Source of the DNA: an uncultured Gammaproteobacteria bacterium
GTDB lineage: Bacteria > Patescibacteriota > Microgenomatia > Daviesbacterales > UBA10151
Reading direction: 5' to 3'
Assembly (NCBI GenBank): GCA_964392925.1
Contig: CAYMRP010000003.1
Span: 50,786 to 114,785 of the forward strand
Length of the DNA: 64,000 nt
Below, piece after piece: positions 8,170-17,255 of this stretch. Positions within the stretch are counted from its first letter, which is position 1, and each line of letters opens with the position of its first letter. Made by a program: the position numbers and the translations under genes. The notes beneath the pieces are model-generated. The model did not search any database. It saw only the letters and a list, made by a program, of their open reading frames with translations, and had not been told where the DNA came from.

Positions 8170-9606
8170 ATGACAAAGACAATCAATACAAATAAACAGA
8201 TTATTCTATGGCTTTTGGCGTTAACCATGTTTTTGGTGGTTTTAGACAGCGCAATTATTAATGTAGCTTTGCCTAAAATTAAAGAAGCTTTAGGGTTTGA
8301 TGATGCTTCGCTTCAATGGGTATTAACTTCATATATTTTAACTTTTGGGGGATTTTTAATGCTGGGCGGGAGAACTGCAGATTTGTATGGAAGACGAAAA
8401 GTTTTAGTTTTTGGGATTGCTGGTTTTACTCTGTCGTCACTTTTAATAGGCCTCTCTGGGTCGGCGGAGATGCTGATTGGTTTAAGAGCATTTCAAGGAC
8501 TCGCGGCAGCATTTATGGCTCCAACTGCTTTATCTATTTTATTGACTACATTTGAAGAAGGAGACAGTAGAAACAAAGCACTAAGTATTTGGAGTTTAGT
8601 AGCATCAGGCGGAGCTGCAGCTGGGGTTTTTTTGGGAGGTTTATTAACTCAGTATCTGGGATGGCAGTGGTGTTTTTTCGTCAATGTGCCGGTAGGGATC
8701 TTAGCAATAATTGGAATCCAAAAATATGTTCCAGCGCATGCGTCAGAGGAGAAAGATAAACAATTAGATTTGCCGGGAGCTGTTTTAATAACAGGAGGAC
8801 TAATGGCGCTGGTTTATGCTTTAACTTTGGCTTCTGAATCGGGGTGGACTAATACTGTGACTTTGGGGTCCTTAACAGTTAGTTTTTTGATGATCGCGGC
8901 TTTTATTTTTAATGAAAGTAAAGTTAGTCATCCGCTGGTGCCATTATCGATTTTTAAAATCAGAAATGTAACGGGTGGTAATTTAATGATGATGCCGATT
9001 GTGGCAGGAGCGTTAGGAATGTTTTTCTTTTGTTCTTTGTATGTGCAGAATATTCTAAAATTTTCTCCAGTTCAAAGCGGATTAAGCTTTTTACCGGTCC
9101 CGATAATTATAGGAAACATTGCTTTCCAAGCGCCAAAACTTTTGAGGAGGTTCGGGTTTAAGATTTTAGTTATGACTGGTGTTTCACTGGCATCAATTGG
9201 GATTTTTTTGATGAGTCTTTTAAACGTTGATTCTTCTTATTTATTCCATATGCTGCCGGCATTTATTGTGCTGGCTTGCGGATTTGGATTATCTTTTGTA
9301 GCGATTACTGTGGCTGCAACTTCTGGGGTACCTAAGCATGAAGCTGGATTGGCTGCGGGGCTTATAAATACTTCTCAGCAAATTGGAGGAGCATTAGGAC
9401 TGGCTATTCTAGCGGTAGTTGCGCATTCTGCGACTGTAGCTGCTTTATCTTCAGGGGTTGTAGGGGATATGGCAATTATGGCCGGTTATAAAAGAGCATT
9501 TTTGACGGCTTCCGGGTTGATGATACTGGCTTTATTTATTGCGGTGTTTGTAATAAAAACTCCTAGAACTAGGGGTGAAAGCGGTGCTCCACTCGTAAAT
9601 CATTAG
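8170..9606 (+). CDS. MFS transporter, DHA2 (14-TMS drug:H+ antiporter, EmrB/QacA-like)
   Basis: 478 aa with 14 hydrophobic segments. Motif A-like GRTADLYGRRKVL and motif C-like region. Confidence 0.75.
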   Translation: MTKTINTNKQIILWLLALTMFLVVLDSAIINVALPKIKEALGFDDASLQWVLTSYILTFGGFLMLGGRTADLYGRRKVLVFGIAGFTLSSLLIGLSGSAEMLIGLRAFQGLAAAFMAPTALSILLTTFEEGDSRNKALSIWSLVASGGAAAGVFLGGLLTQYLGWQWCFFVNVPVGILAIIGIQKYVPAHASEEKDKQLDLPGAVLITGGLMALVYALTLASESGWTNTVTLGSLTVSFLMIAAFIFNESKVSHPLVPLSIFKIRNVTGGNLMMMPIVAGALGMFFFCSLYVQNILKFSPVQSGLSFLPVPIIIGNIAFQAPKLLRRFGFKILVMTGVSLASIGIFLMSLLNVDSSYLFHMLPAFIVLACGFGLSFVAITVAATSGVPKHEAGLAAGLINTSQQIGGALGLAILAVVAHSATVAALSSGVVGDMAIMAGYKRAFLTASGLMILALFIAVFVIKTPRTRGESGAPLVNH

Positions 9607-9668
9607 TATTGGAGAAGTGGTATATTGCAGAGTTTGGTAAGAGTTACTATGATTATTGAAGTCTGCAA

Positions 9669-11885
9669 ATGGTAAGAAAAGCCTTCGTAACTGCCGCTTT
9701 AATAGTTTCTGTATTAACACTTCTTTTTCAGATTACTTCAAGTGGGGATTTGCAAGCCGCAGAAAATTCAACCGGAGATAAGAACCGAGCTCCTGAATTT
9801 GTTAGCAATCAGATATTGATTAGATTATCTGAAGATACTGCTAGTGTAATAAGAACTAATATCCAAAAAGATCAAGCAGGCAGACTAGACTTTAAAAAAG
9901 CTGATGTAGTGAGCGGAGTGGAGGGACTTGATCAGTTTGTCCGTGCTAATGGGGCTGTGGAGATGAGACCTTCCTTCTCAAAAGGAGCAGACAGAGCAAA
10001 AAGCGAAGCTGGGGAGAAATCTAAAGCGAAGTTGAAACGGTGGTATGTTCTAACCCTAAATAAAGAAGAGAAAAAAGTTAATTCTGCTTCTGAGGAATTT
10101 AAGACACTCAAAGCTCAGGCGGACATTATAAGGAAAATTAAAGGGGTCGAAGCTGTTGAGCTGAACGGCATTTTAGAAACAGCTTATACTCCAAATGATA
10201 CTTACTATTCCAATCAGTATGCTCCTGCAAAAATCAAGGCTGATTTAGCTTGGGATTTAACGGAGGGGACATCAAGTGCTGTAGTGGCAGTTTTGGATAC
10301 TGGTATTTTGGCTGCTCATGAAGATTTAAGCGGCAAAGTAATTGCGGCTGAGAATTTTACCTCCTCAGTAAATGGAACTAATGATGTCAATGGACATGGA
10401 ACACATGTGGCTGGGATTGTAGCTGCTAATAGTAATAATTCTTTGGGTGTCGCTGGTATAAGTTCGAAAGTATCTCTTCTGAATGCAAAAGTTTTACGTG
10501 ATGATGGAGCTGGAGAGATGGATGACGTTTCGAATGGGATAGAATGGTCGGCAGATAATGGGGCAAATGTTATTAATATGAGCTTTGCTGGTAACTATGA
10601 TGAGTGTAATAGCCTAATAGAGGACTCTCTAGATTATGCGTGGAGCGAAGGAGTTCTGCTTGTGGCGGCAGGTGGGAATGGGGCTGCGAATGACATATAT
10701 ATGCCAGCGCTGTGCGATCATGTGATTTCGGTGGTAAATACTAATAGTAGTGATGCTAAATCATCAACTTCGAATTATCACGCGAGCATGACACTAGCTG
10801 CGCCAGGAGATAATTTGTATTCAACATATAATAATACTGGAGGGTTTGGTTACTATAAATATAGTTCAGGTACCTCTATGGCTTCGCCGGTAGTAGCTGG
10901 AGTTGCCGCGCTTGTTAAGTCTGCGAACTCATACTTAAATAATCAGGAAATGTATGACATATTAACCTCAACTGCTGATCCGATTAGTGGAACGGGGACT
11001 AATTGGCAATATGGAAGAGTTGATGCGCAAAAAGCATTAGCACCATCGACCAGGAACCACTATACGACAACTTATTGTTTGAGCGGTCCTGATCCTAGAA
11101 TTCATTTAAGGTGGACTAGTGTTCCAAATGCTGTCGGATACAGTGTTTATCGAACTCCAGCAGGAGGCTCTGAATCCTATTTTGGAGCGACTTCTGGGAT
11201 TGCTATAAACGATGATACTGTCTATTCAGGTCAGCAGTATTCTTATCGGGTTGTTGCTCAGTTTGCAGACAGCAGTACTTTATCCGGAGTTGGTCATTCG
11301 ATAACCTCGGTGACTTGCGGTTACCCTAATCTCAACAGCAGCACCTCAGCTTATTGTGTTGGCGGAGGTACAACTTCCAGAATTCATCTACAATGGGATG
11401 CTGTAGCTGATGCATCATATTACAATATATACAGAACTCCAGCAGGAGGCTCTGAATCCTATTTTGGAGCGACTTCTGGGATTGCTGTAAATGATGAAAC
11501 AGTCTATCCAGGTCAGCAATATAATTATCGAATAGTTGCGGTGTTTCCAGATAGTACAACTCTTGCCGGGGTGCCTGAGACTCTAACAGCAGATGTTTGT
11601 GTTGAGCCGAATTTTAACAGCAGCACCTCAGCTTATTGTGTTGGCGGAGGTGCAACCTCTAGAATTCATCTACAATGGGACGCTGTTCCTCATACATCTA
11701 TGTATAAGCTTTACAGAACTGTATCCGGATCTGAATCTTTGTTTGGTGTAACATCCGGTGTGGCTGTTAATGATGACACAGTAACGGGAGCTCAGAATTA
11801 TTCATACCGGGTAGAAGCCTGGTTCCCAGACAACAGCATACTCAATGGTGATCCGGGTTCGTACACTGCAGTAAGCTGCCCTTAA
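9669..11885 (+). CDS. Secreted subtilisin-like serine protease (peptidase S8) with N-terminal propeptide and three C-terminal Fn3-like tandem repeats
   Basis: Signal peptide. Catalytic triad blocks VAVLDTGI (Asp), HGTHVAGIV (His), SGTSMASP (Ser). Three repeats of about 94 aa each (…RIHLQWDAV…YRTPAGGSESYFGATSGIAVND…). Confidence 0.8.
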   Translation: MVRKAFVTAALIVSVLTLLFQITSSGDLQAAENSTGDKNRAPEFVSNQILIRLSEDTASVIRTNIQKDQAGRLDFKKADVVSGVEGLDQFVRANGAVEMRPSFSKGADRAKSEAGEKSKAKLKRWYVLTLNKEEKKVNSASEEFKTLKAQADIIRKIKGVEAVELNGILETAYTPNDTYYSNQYAPAKIKADLAWDLTEGTSSAVVAVLDTGILAAHEDLSGKVIAAENFTSSVNGTNDVNGHGTHVAGIVAANSNNSLGVAGISSKVSLLNAKVLRDDGAGEMDDVSNGIEWSADNGANVINMSFAGNYDECNSLIEDSLDYAWSEGVLLVAAGGNGAANDIYMPALCDHVISVVNTNSSDAKSSTSNYHASMTLAAPGDNLYSTYNNTGGFGYYKYSSGTSMASPVVAGVAALVKSANSYLNNQEMYDILTSTADPISGTGTNWQYGRVDAQKALAPSTRNHYTTTYCLSGPDPRIHLRWTSVPNAVGYSVYRTPAGGSESYFGATSGIAINDDTVYSGQQYSYRVVAQFADSSTLSGVGHSITSVTCGYPNLNSSTSAYCVGGGTTSRIHLQWDAVADASYYNIYRTPAGGSESYFGATSGIAVNDETVYPGQQYNYRIVAVFPDSTTLAGVPETLTADVCVEPNFNSSTSAYCVGGGATSRIHLQWDAVPHTSMYKLYRTVSGSESLFGVTSGVAVNDDTVTGAQNYSYRVEAWFPDNSILNGDPGSYTAVSCP
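11060..11880 (+). repeat. Three tandem ~282-bp near-identical repeats within the S8 protease gene
   Basis: Exact 50-bp identity (actccagcaggaggctctgaatcctattttggagcgacttctgggattgct) at 11154 and 11436. aacagcagcacctcagcttattgtgttggcggagg at 11334 and 11614. Confidence 0.8.
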
Positions 11886-11917
11886 TTCTCCCTTTATTTT
11901 TCGGCTATAATTAATCT

Positions 11918-12130
11918 GTGAAGCTTTTTGAGAAATACGAGAGATCAGTAACTAAAACAGTAACCTACAGAATCTTAATTGTTATTTCAACATTTATTGT
12001 GACCTATTTTTTAACCGGAGAAGTCAGATTAAGTATTGAGATTACAGCTGTGGCGAATATTATTAATACTTTCTTATACTTTTTGCATGAAAGAATATGG
12101 AATAGAATCGGCTGGGGGAGAACTAAATAA
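11918..12130 (+). CDS. DUF2061-family small membrane protein
   Basis: YRILIVISTFIVTYFLTG…FLHERIWNRIGWG matches the DUF2061 signature (two TM segments, H-E-R-x-W). Confidence 0.5.
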   Translation: MKLFEKYERSVTKTVTYRILIVISTFIVTYFLTGEVRLSIEITAVANIINTFLYFLHERIWNRIGWGRTK

Positions 12131-12132
12131 TT

Positions 12133-12690
12133 ATGCAGAGCGTATTTTTTCAGACTGCAGAGGAATTTCGGAAATGGTTAGAAGAGAATTATGATAAGAA
12201 GTCCGAAATTTGGGTAAAGTTTAATAAAAAGGCTTCCGGAAAAGGCGGAATGGATCGCAAAGAAGCGCTTGATGAAGTGCTATGTTTTGGTTGGATTGAC
12301 GGAATTGTTAAGAGCTTAGACGAAGAGTCTTTTATTCAAAGATATACTCCTCGGACCAAGAAAAGTATGTGGTCGAAGATTAATACAGCTAATATTGAGA
12401 GACTAATTAAAGAAGGGAAAATGAAAGAATCGGGATTGAGGGAGGTTGAGCTTGCACAGGCGGATGGAAGATGGGAGGCGGCTTATGATTCACCAACAAA
12501 TTCAAAAGTTCCCGAGGACTTTATGGAACAATTAAAGAAGAATAAAAAAGCAGAAGTATTTTTTGGAAGTTTAAATAAAACAAGTTTATTCATGATTGCT
12601 TATAGACTGCAAACTGCTAAAACTAGAGAGACCCGAGAGAAACGGACTAAGGATATTATTGATAAACTTGAGGTCGGCATAAAACTTTAA
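12133..12690 (+). CDS. YdeI/OmpD-associated family protein (bacteriocin-protection-like)
   Basis: 185 aa. FQTAEEFRKWLEENYDKKSEIWVKF…GWIDGI…RYTPRTKKSMWSKIN pattern is characteristic of the YdeI family. Confidence 0.5.
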   Translation: MQSVFFQTAEEFRKWLEENYDKKSEIWVKFNKKASGKGGMDRKEALDEVLCFGWIDGIVKSLDEESFIQRYTPRTKKSMWSKINTANIERLIKEGKMKESGLREVELAQADGRWEAAYDSPTNSKVPEDFMEQLKKNKKAEVFFGSLNKTSLFMIAYRLQTAKTRETREKRTKDIIDKLEVGIKL

Positions 12691-12747
12691 GACTACAAAC
12701 TATCCTATAGAGTTGATTTTTTATGATATTTGTGATATTATTCTTCT

Positions 12748-13038
12748 ATGAGTGGAGAAGTACAAAATGGTGGGCATGCAGTATATAGAATAGGACGTGT
12801 TGAAACAGCGATTGGTGCTGCAAGATTTGTTTGTGCTTTAACAGGTGCTGTGGCAAGAGGAACTGCTGGACGGACTTTAGAGGGAGTTTTGGCTGGGACT
12901 GAAGTAATAGTCCCGAGGGTGGGTCATGTAGTAGAGGATGTTGCATTGGAGTTGAGAAGAGCTGGAAAGAACGGACAGATTGTATTTAAAGCTATTGCCG
13001 CAGGAGTTCAAAGAGGATTAAGAGGGGCTGCTCACTAA
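12748..13038 (+). CDS. Hypothetical Gly/Ala/Val/Arg-rich small protein (coding status uncertain; region open on both strands)
   Basis: 96-aa ORF in a purine-rich, locally GC-elevated segment with no upstream RBS. The opposite strand is also open, so this could instead be a structured RNA. Confidence 0.25.
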   Translation: MSGEVQNGGHAVYRIGRVETAIGAARFVCALTGAVARGTAGRTLEGVLAGTEVIVPRVGHVVEDVALELRRAGKNGQIVFKAIAAGVQRGLRGAAH

Positions 13039-13046
13039 AAAGGTAG

Positions 13047-13074
13047 TTGACATTGATACTAGAAATAATACAAT
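13047..13074 (+). promoter_or_regulatory. Strong sigma-70-like promoter TTGACA-16 bp-TACAAT
   Basis: Perfect -35 TTGACA (13047-13052), 16-bp spacer, -10 TACAAT (13069-13074). Confidence 0.55.
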
Positions 13075-13084
13075 TAAAGAAGTT

Positions 13085-13162
13085 ATGAATATGAAATCTA
13101 ATGTTTGTTTTAAATGGCATCACAACCGCACCCTTATTGGGGAGGCGGAGCTGATGCTGTAA
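13085..13162 (+). CDS. Putative 25-aa leader peptide MNMKSNVCFKWHHNRTLIGEAELML
   Basis: ATG 10 nt downstream of the predicted TSS. Followed directly by a terminator hairpin that abuts the start of the next gene. This is an attenuator-like layout. Confidence 0.3.
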   Translation: MNMKSNVCFKWHHNRTLIGEAELML

Positions 13163-13199
13163 GTCCAGCAGAAAAAGGACTTGCAAAGCAAAAAGCTTT

Positions 13200-13231
13200 A
13201 ACCGCCAATCTAAAAAAGAGGCGGTTTTTTT
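13200..13231 (+). terminator. Intrinsic terminator/attenuator hairpin (AACCGCC…GGCGGTT + T7) abutting the start codon of the 13232 gene
   Basis: 7-bp GC-rich stem, 13-nt loop, then TTTTTTT ending 1 nt before GTG at 13232. Confidence 0.5.
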
Positions 13232-14029
13232 GTGGAGAAAACTATGATTTCAGAAAGAGATGCAAATTTAGGAATACAGGGTAGAGTTCCTCTGAGGGAG
13301 GGTTCAATTCTTGTTACCAAAACTCCAGGGAAAACTCCAGAAATGGTGTTTGTTGAGAGAGTGTTAGAAGGAAGAGGAGCAGAGATGATTAACTTACGTG
13401 ATGGCAGACCTTTTAGTACAAGTTTAAGTTCGTTAGAAAGAGGTCGGGTTGGTAGATCAGAAGTCGTTGGAGAATTTAGTAGAGGTAAAGGGGTTGAAAA
13501 CACTTCAGATTCTAAACTAGATAGTGATATGGTTGTCGTGAAACCTAAAGGATCAGATGAAGAAATCTTTACGATTGTTACAGGGATAGAATCAGGTCAT
13601 GCAATCCTTTCAACGCCTGAGAGACCTAATAGCCAAATGTTTAGAATTCCGACACAGGATTTAAAAGAAGGAAGAAGCGAAGCTTTCGATTTTGAACCCG
13701 TGCCGAGTAAGTTTTCATTATTAAAAGATGCCCATACGCTTAATGCACCAAATGTTTCACCTCCGATAGAGGAGAGGGCGATTGCTGTATGTTCTTATGG
13801 AGTGCCCTCAAGAGATGTGGATACAGGAGCTATTATTGGAGACTGTCTGCCTGAGAGGTCAATTGAGGACATAGCAAAAGATCCGAATGCGGTATTTTTA
13901 GAGGGAATGAAAATGGCAGCAGTCTGGATGGCTGAGGAGGGGAATGGACGAGGACTAGTGGCTTTAGCTGCTTTAAGTGTAGGAACCTTAGCAGGATTAC
14001 CTATTTTAAATAGAGGAATTGATAGTTAA
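13232..14029 (+). CDS. Hypothetical protein (265 aa, no recognisable domain; G/E/R/S-rich)
   Basis: Long ORF with a GTG start, or ATG 12 nt downstream. Composition differs from neighbouring housekeeping genes. No motif recognised. Confidence 0.45.
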   Translation: MEKTMISERDANLGIQGRVPLREGSILVTKTPGKTPEMVFVERVLEGRGAEMINLRDGRPFSTSLSSLERGRVGRSEVVGEFSRGKGVENTSDSKLDSDMVVVKPKGSDEEIFTIVTGIESGHAILSTPERPNSQMFRIPTQDLKEGRSEAFDFEPVPSKFSLLKDAHTLNAPNVSPPIEERAIAVCSYGVPSRDVDTGAIIGDCLPERSIEDIAKDPNAVFLEGMKMAAVWMAEEGNGRGLVALAALSVGTLAGLPILNRGIDS

Positions 14030-14039
14030 GAGTATTTTA

Positions 14040-14258
14040 ACTATAATTATGTACTGACTGTGAAGGAATCGGTTGGGATTCTGGAGTCAATTAGGCTATC
14101 TTTTAAGAATGTCTAATACAGAGACGAAACTGAAAAGACTGTAGCGGATGTTGGAAATCAAAGTCCGTCAAGAATAAGTATTAATATCAAGGTGGCACCG
14201 CCAATTTGTTGGCCCTTGTTTGTTCATCAGATTTTGGTGAATGAGCAAGGGCTTTTTG
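14040..14258 (+). promoter_or_regulatory. Candidate T-box riboswitch leader (Trp-specific) with terminator, upstream of trpE
   Basis: AAGGTGGCACCGCC (14189-14202) matches the T-box core GGUGGNACCGC, with the UGGC bulge expected for tRNA-Trp discriminator G. Terminator GCCCTTG…CAAGGGC + TTTTTG (14212-14258) sits directly before trpE ATG 14271. A possible UGG specifier lies at about 14082. Confidence 0.45.
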
Positions 14259-14270
14259 TTTGGAGAAAAT

Positions 14271-15650
14271 ATGAAATTGCCGAAGATTATTTTGAGTAAA
14301 AAACCGACTTACCTAAAGATTGCTGAGGGGTTGGATTTGTTTGAGGTTTTTTCGAAAATAGAGAATAAGTCTGAGGATTGTTTTATTCTGGAATCACTGG
14401 GTGAACAAAATAGTTTATCCAGATATTCGATTGTGGGGTTTGACCCGAAGCATATAATTTCGGCGCGAGGTAATAGTTTATTCTTTGATGATGAAGAGTT
14501 TAGCTTTGATGACCCTACTTCGCCAGGGCTTCGCGGGGCGAGAAATCCGTATTTTGCTTTGAGGGAGATTGTGCCGCAAGACTTATTCTCCAAGTTTTAT
14601 GCCGGAGGTTTGGTCGGCTTTTTGAGTTATGAAGCAGCAAATTATTTTGAGCCATCTTTAAAGCTAAAGGAACATAAAGATTTTGAGGCATTTAAATTTG
14701 GAGTTTATTTGGACGGACTGGTTTTGGATAAAATAACCGGTGAGCTATTTTATTTTTATTACGACGAGAATCGTATTGAGACGGTACGAGCAATAATTAA
14801 GGCAAAAGTAGAAAAAGGGAATGTAGAAGTGAAGTTTTTAGGAGATACGTTGGACGGAAGAGGACATCAGCGGAATGTTGAATATGTACTTGATCAAATA
14901 AAACGAGGAAATACTTTTCAATGCGAAGTGGGTTTTAAATCAGAATTTAAAATTGAGGGCAACAGTCTTTTGATATACGAGGATTTGAGAAAAGTTAATC
15001 CATCTCCATTTATGTACTATTTAAAATTTAGTGAGCAAAAAATTGTTGGTGCCAGTCCAGAACTTTTGTTTAGATTAAAGAGTGGGGATATGGAGACATT
15101 TCCACTAGCTGGAACGATTAAGCGGGGCAAAACAGAGGAAGAAGATATCAAACTGGCAAGGGAATTATTAAATGATCCAAAAGAAATTGCTGAACATAAT
15201 ATGTTGGTTGATTTGCATAGAAATGATTTAGGAAGAGTAGCGAAATTCGGAACGGTTAAGGTGAGAAGTTTAATGGATATAAAAAAGTTTTCGCACGTTC
15301 AACATATCTCATCTGAAATTTCAGGGGTAATTAAAGAAGATTGTGATATGTTTTGCAGTTTGTCGGCATCATTTCCGGCAGGAACTCTTACAGGGGCTCC
15401 GAAAATAGAATCGATGAAGATAATTAATAAACTAGAGAATAGTCCGCGCGGTCCGTATGGAGGTGCTGTAGGGCATTTTGGATTTGATGGGAATTGTACA
15501 TTTGCAATTTCGATTAGATCGCTGTTTATTTCTGGGGAATATGGGTATGCGCAAACTTCAGGGGGAGTTGTAGCGGATTCGGAGGCGGATAAAGAGTATG
15601 AGGAAATTGTTAGAAAGCTTGCAGCAATGAAGAAAGTTTTAGAAGTATGA
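14271..15650 (+). CDS. trpE: Anthranilate synthase component I
   Basis: Chorismate-binding domain (…LAGTIKRGKTEEEDIKLARELLNDPKEIAEHNMLVDL…GAVGHFGFDGN…). Start at MKLPKIIL, downstream of the terminator. Confidence 0.9.
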   Translation: MKLPKIILSKKPTYLKIAEGLDLFEVFSKIENKSEDCFILESLGEQNSLSRYSIVGFDPKHIISARGNSLFFDDEEFSFDDPTSPGLRGARNPYFALREIVPQDLFSKFYAGGLVGFLSYEAANYFEPSLKLKEHKDFEAFKFGVYLDGLVLDKITGELFYFYYDENRIETVRAIIKAKVEKGNVEVKFLGDTLDGRGHQRNVEYVLDQIKRGNTFQCEVGFKSEFKIEGNSLLIYEDLRKVNPSPFMYYLKFSEQKIVGASPELLFRLKSGDMETFPLAGTIKRGKTEEEDIKLARELLNDPKEIAEHNMLVDLHRNDLGRVAKFGTVKVRSLMDIKKFSHVQHISSEISGVIKEDCDMFCSLSASFPAGTLTGAPKIESMKIINKLENSPRGPYGGAVGHFGFDGNCTFAISIRSLFISGEYGYAQTSGGVVADSEADKEYEEIVRKLAAMKKVLEV

Positions 15651-16240
15651 AAGTACTAATAGTTGATAATTACGATTCATTTACATATAACCTTTATCAG
15701 TTGGTAGGGGAGATTTTGGAGAAAGAAAATAAAAATTTTAGACTTGATGTTTTTCGTAATAATGAAATTACAACTTCGGAAATCGAAAAAGCTGGTTATG
15801 AAAAAATTATTATTTCCCCGGGTCCAGGGGATCCGTCTGATAAAAATTATTTTGGGATTTGTGGTGATGTTTTAATATCTTTAGGAAAAACAATTCCGGT
15901 TTTAGGAATTTGTTTAGGAATGCAGGGACTCGGATATTATTACGGAGCGAAAGTATCTGCGGCCTCTAAAGTAATGCATGGTAAAACATCGATAATAAAT
16001 CATTCTGGCAAAGGGTTGTTTCAAAACTTGCCTCAAGATTTGGAGGTAATGAGATACCACTCACTGATTGTAGAAAGAAGAGATTTGCCTAATGATTTGG
16101 AAATTCTAGCGACAAGTGAAGATGGGGAAATAATGGGCTTGCAGCACAAAAAATATCCAGTATCCGGTGTGCAGTTTCATCCTGAATCTTTTGCAACAGA
16201 AGGGGGGAAGCAGATTATTAAAAACTTCCTGTTTAACTAA
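15647..16240 (+). CDS. trpG: Anthranilate synthase component II (glutamine amidotransferase)
   Basis: Class I GATase with catalytic GICLGMQ Cys and HPES His. ATGA overlap with trpE. Confidence 0.9.
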   Translation: MKVLIVDNYDSFTYNLYQLVGEILEKENKNFRLDVFRNNEITTSEIEKAGYEKIIISPGPGDPSDKNYFGICGDVLISLGKTIPVLGICLGMQGLGYYYGAKVSAASKVMHGKTSIINHSGKGLFQNLPQDLEVMRYHSLIVERRDLPNDLEILATSEDGEIMGLQHKKYPVSGVQFHPESFATEGGKQIIKNFLFN

Positions 16241-16241
16241 G

Positions 16242-17255
16242 ATGACTATTAAAGATTTCGCTAAATTACTAAAGAGTAAAAAAGATTTGAGTGAGAATCA
16301 GGCTAAAGATTTGCTGGGTTTATTGATGGACAATGATACGAATGACGAGCAAATTGCGGAGATTCTAATTTTACTTTCTGAGAAAGGTGAGTCTATTTCT
16401 GAGATAACAGGTTTTATAAAAGGAATGAGAGAGTTAATGGTGGAGATTGAAAGTTCACCAGAGACGATTGATATTGTGGGAACTGGAGGAGATGGTTCGA
16501 ATTCATTCAATATTTCGACTGTTTCAGCAATTGTGGCTGCGAGCTGCGGAGCTGTGGTTGCTAAGCATGGAAATAGAGCGGCATCTTCTCTTTGCGGGAG
16601 TGCGGATGTTTTAGAAGAGTTGGGGGTGAATATAAATTTAAATTCTAAGACGGCGGAGGAGGTTTTGAGAAAATACGGAATGGTATTTTTGTTTGCAAGG
16701 GTTTTTCATCCGGCGATGAAAAAAGTAGGCCCTGTTCGAAAGGAATTAAAGAGACGAACAATTTTTAATTACTTAGGTCCTTTTTTGAATCCCGCAAAAG
16801 TTAGGAGAATGCTTTTAGGGGCGGCTAATATGATACTGGCGCGAAAACTATTAGAGATTGCTAAGCAGTTGGAATATGAGCATGTGCTTATTGTGACAAG
16901 TGATGATGGATTGGACGAAATAAGTATTGCCAGTAAGACAACAGTTTTGGAATTAAAGAATGGGGTTAGTAAAGAATTTATTATTGATCCGCAGAAGTTA
17001 GGTTTTGGGGTATTTAAGAAAAGCGATTTGATTGGCGGGGATCCTGCTAGAAACGGACAAATTGTTAGGGATATTTTGGACGGAAAAGAGCAAGGGGCGA
17101 AAAGGGAATCAGTAGTTCTAAATAGCGCCTACGCTTTACTTGTTTCGGGTCGAGTATCAAATGTTTCAGATGGAATTAAAATGTCGAGGGAAGCAATTGA
17201 TTCAAGAAAATCATTTGAACTATTAAAAAAATTAAGGAGGGTGACTAATGAATGA
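16242..17255 (+). CDS. trpD: Anthranilate phosphoribosyltransferase
   Basis: GTGGDGSNSFNIST glycine-rich loop and KHGNRAASS motif. Start taken at MTIKDF, immediately after the trpG stop. Confidence 0.9.
   Translation: MTIKDFAKLLKSKKDLSENQAKDLLGLLMDNDTNDEQIAEILILLSEKGESISEITGFIKGMRELMVEIESSPETIDIVGTGGDGSNSFNISTVSAIVAASCGAVVAKHGNRAASSLCGSADVLEELGVNINLNSKTAEEVLRKYGMVFLFARVFHPAMKKVGPVRKELKRRTIFNYLGPFLNPAKVRRMLLGAANMILARKLLEIAKQLEYEHVLIVTSDDGLDEISIASKTTVLELKNGVSKEFIIDPQKLGFGVFKKSDLIGGDPARNGQIVRDILDGKEQGAKRESVVLNSAYALLVSGRVSNVSDGIKMSREAIDSRKSFELLKKLRRVTNE

Noticed and set aside
8316-8555. 79-aa plus-strand ORF inside the DHA2 MFS gene in another frame
   Set aside because: It is an internal alternative-frame ORF of a 478-aa transporter gene, and is spurious.
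12746-12946. Minus-strand 66-aa ORF (Q/L/H-rich) opposite the 12748-13038 ORF
   Set aside because: It is a mirror-image artefact of a purine-rich plus strand. The Q/L/H composition comes from reverse-complemented GCN/GGN codons.
13210-13503. Minus-strand 97-aa ORF overlapping the start of the 265-aa gene
   Set aside because: It lies fully antisense to a longer plus-strand ORF with better coding character. There is no independent support.
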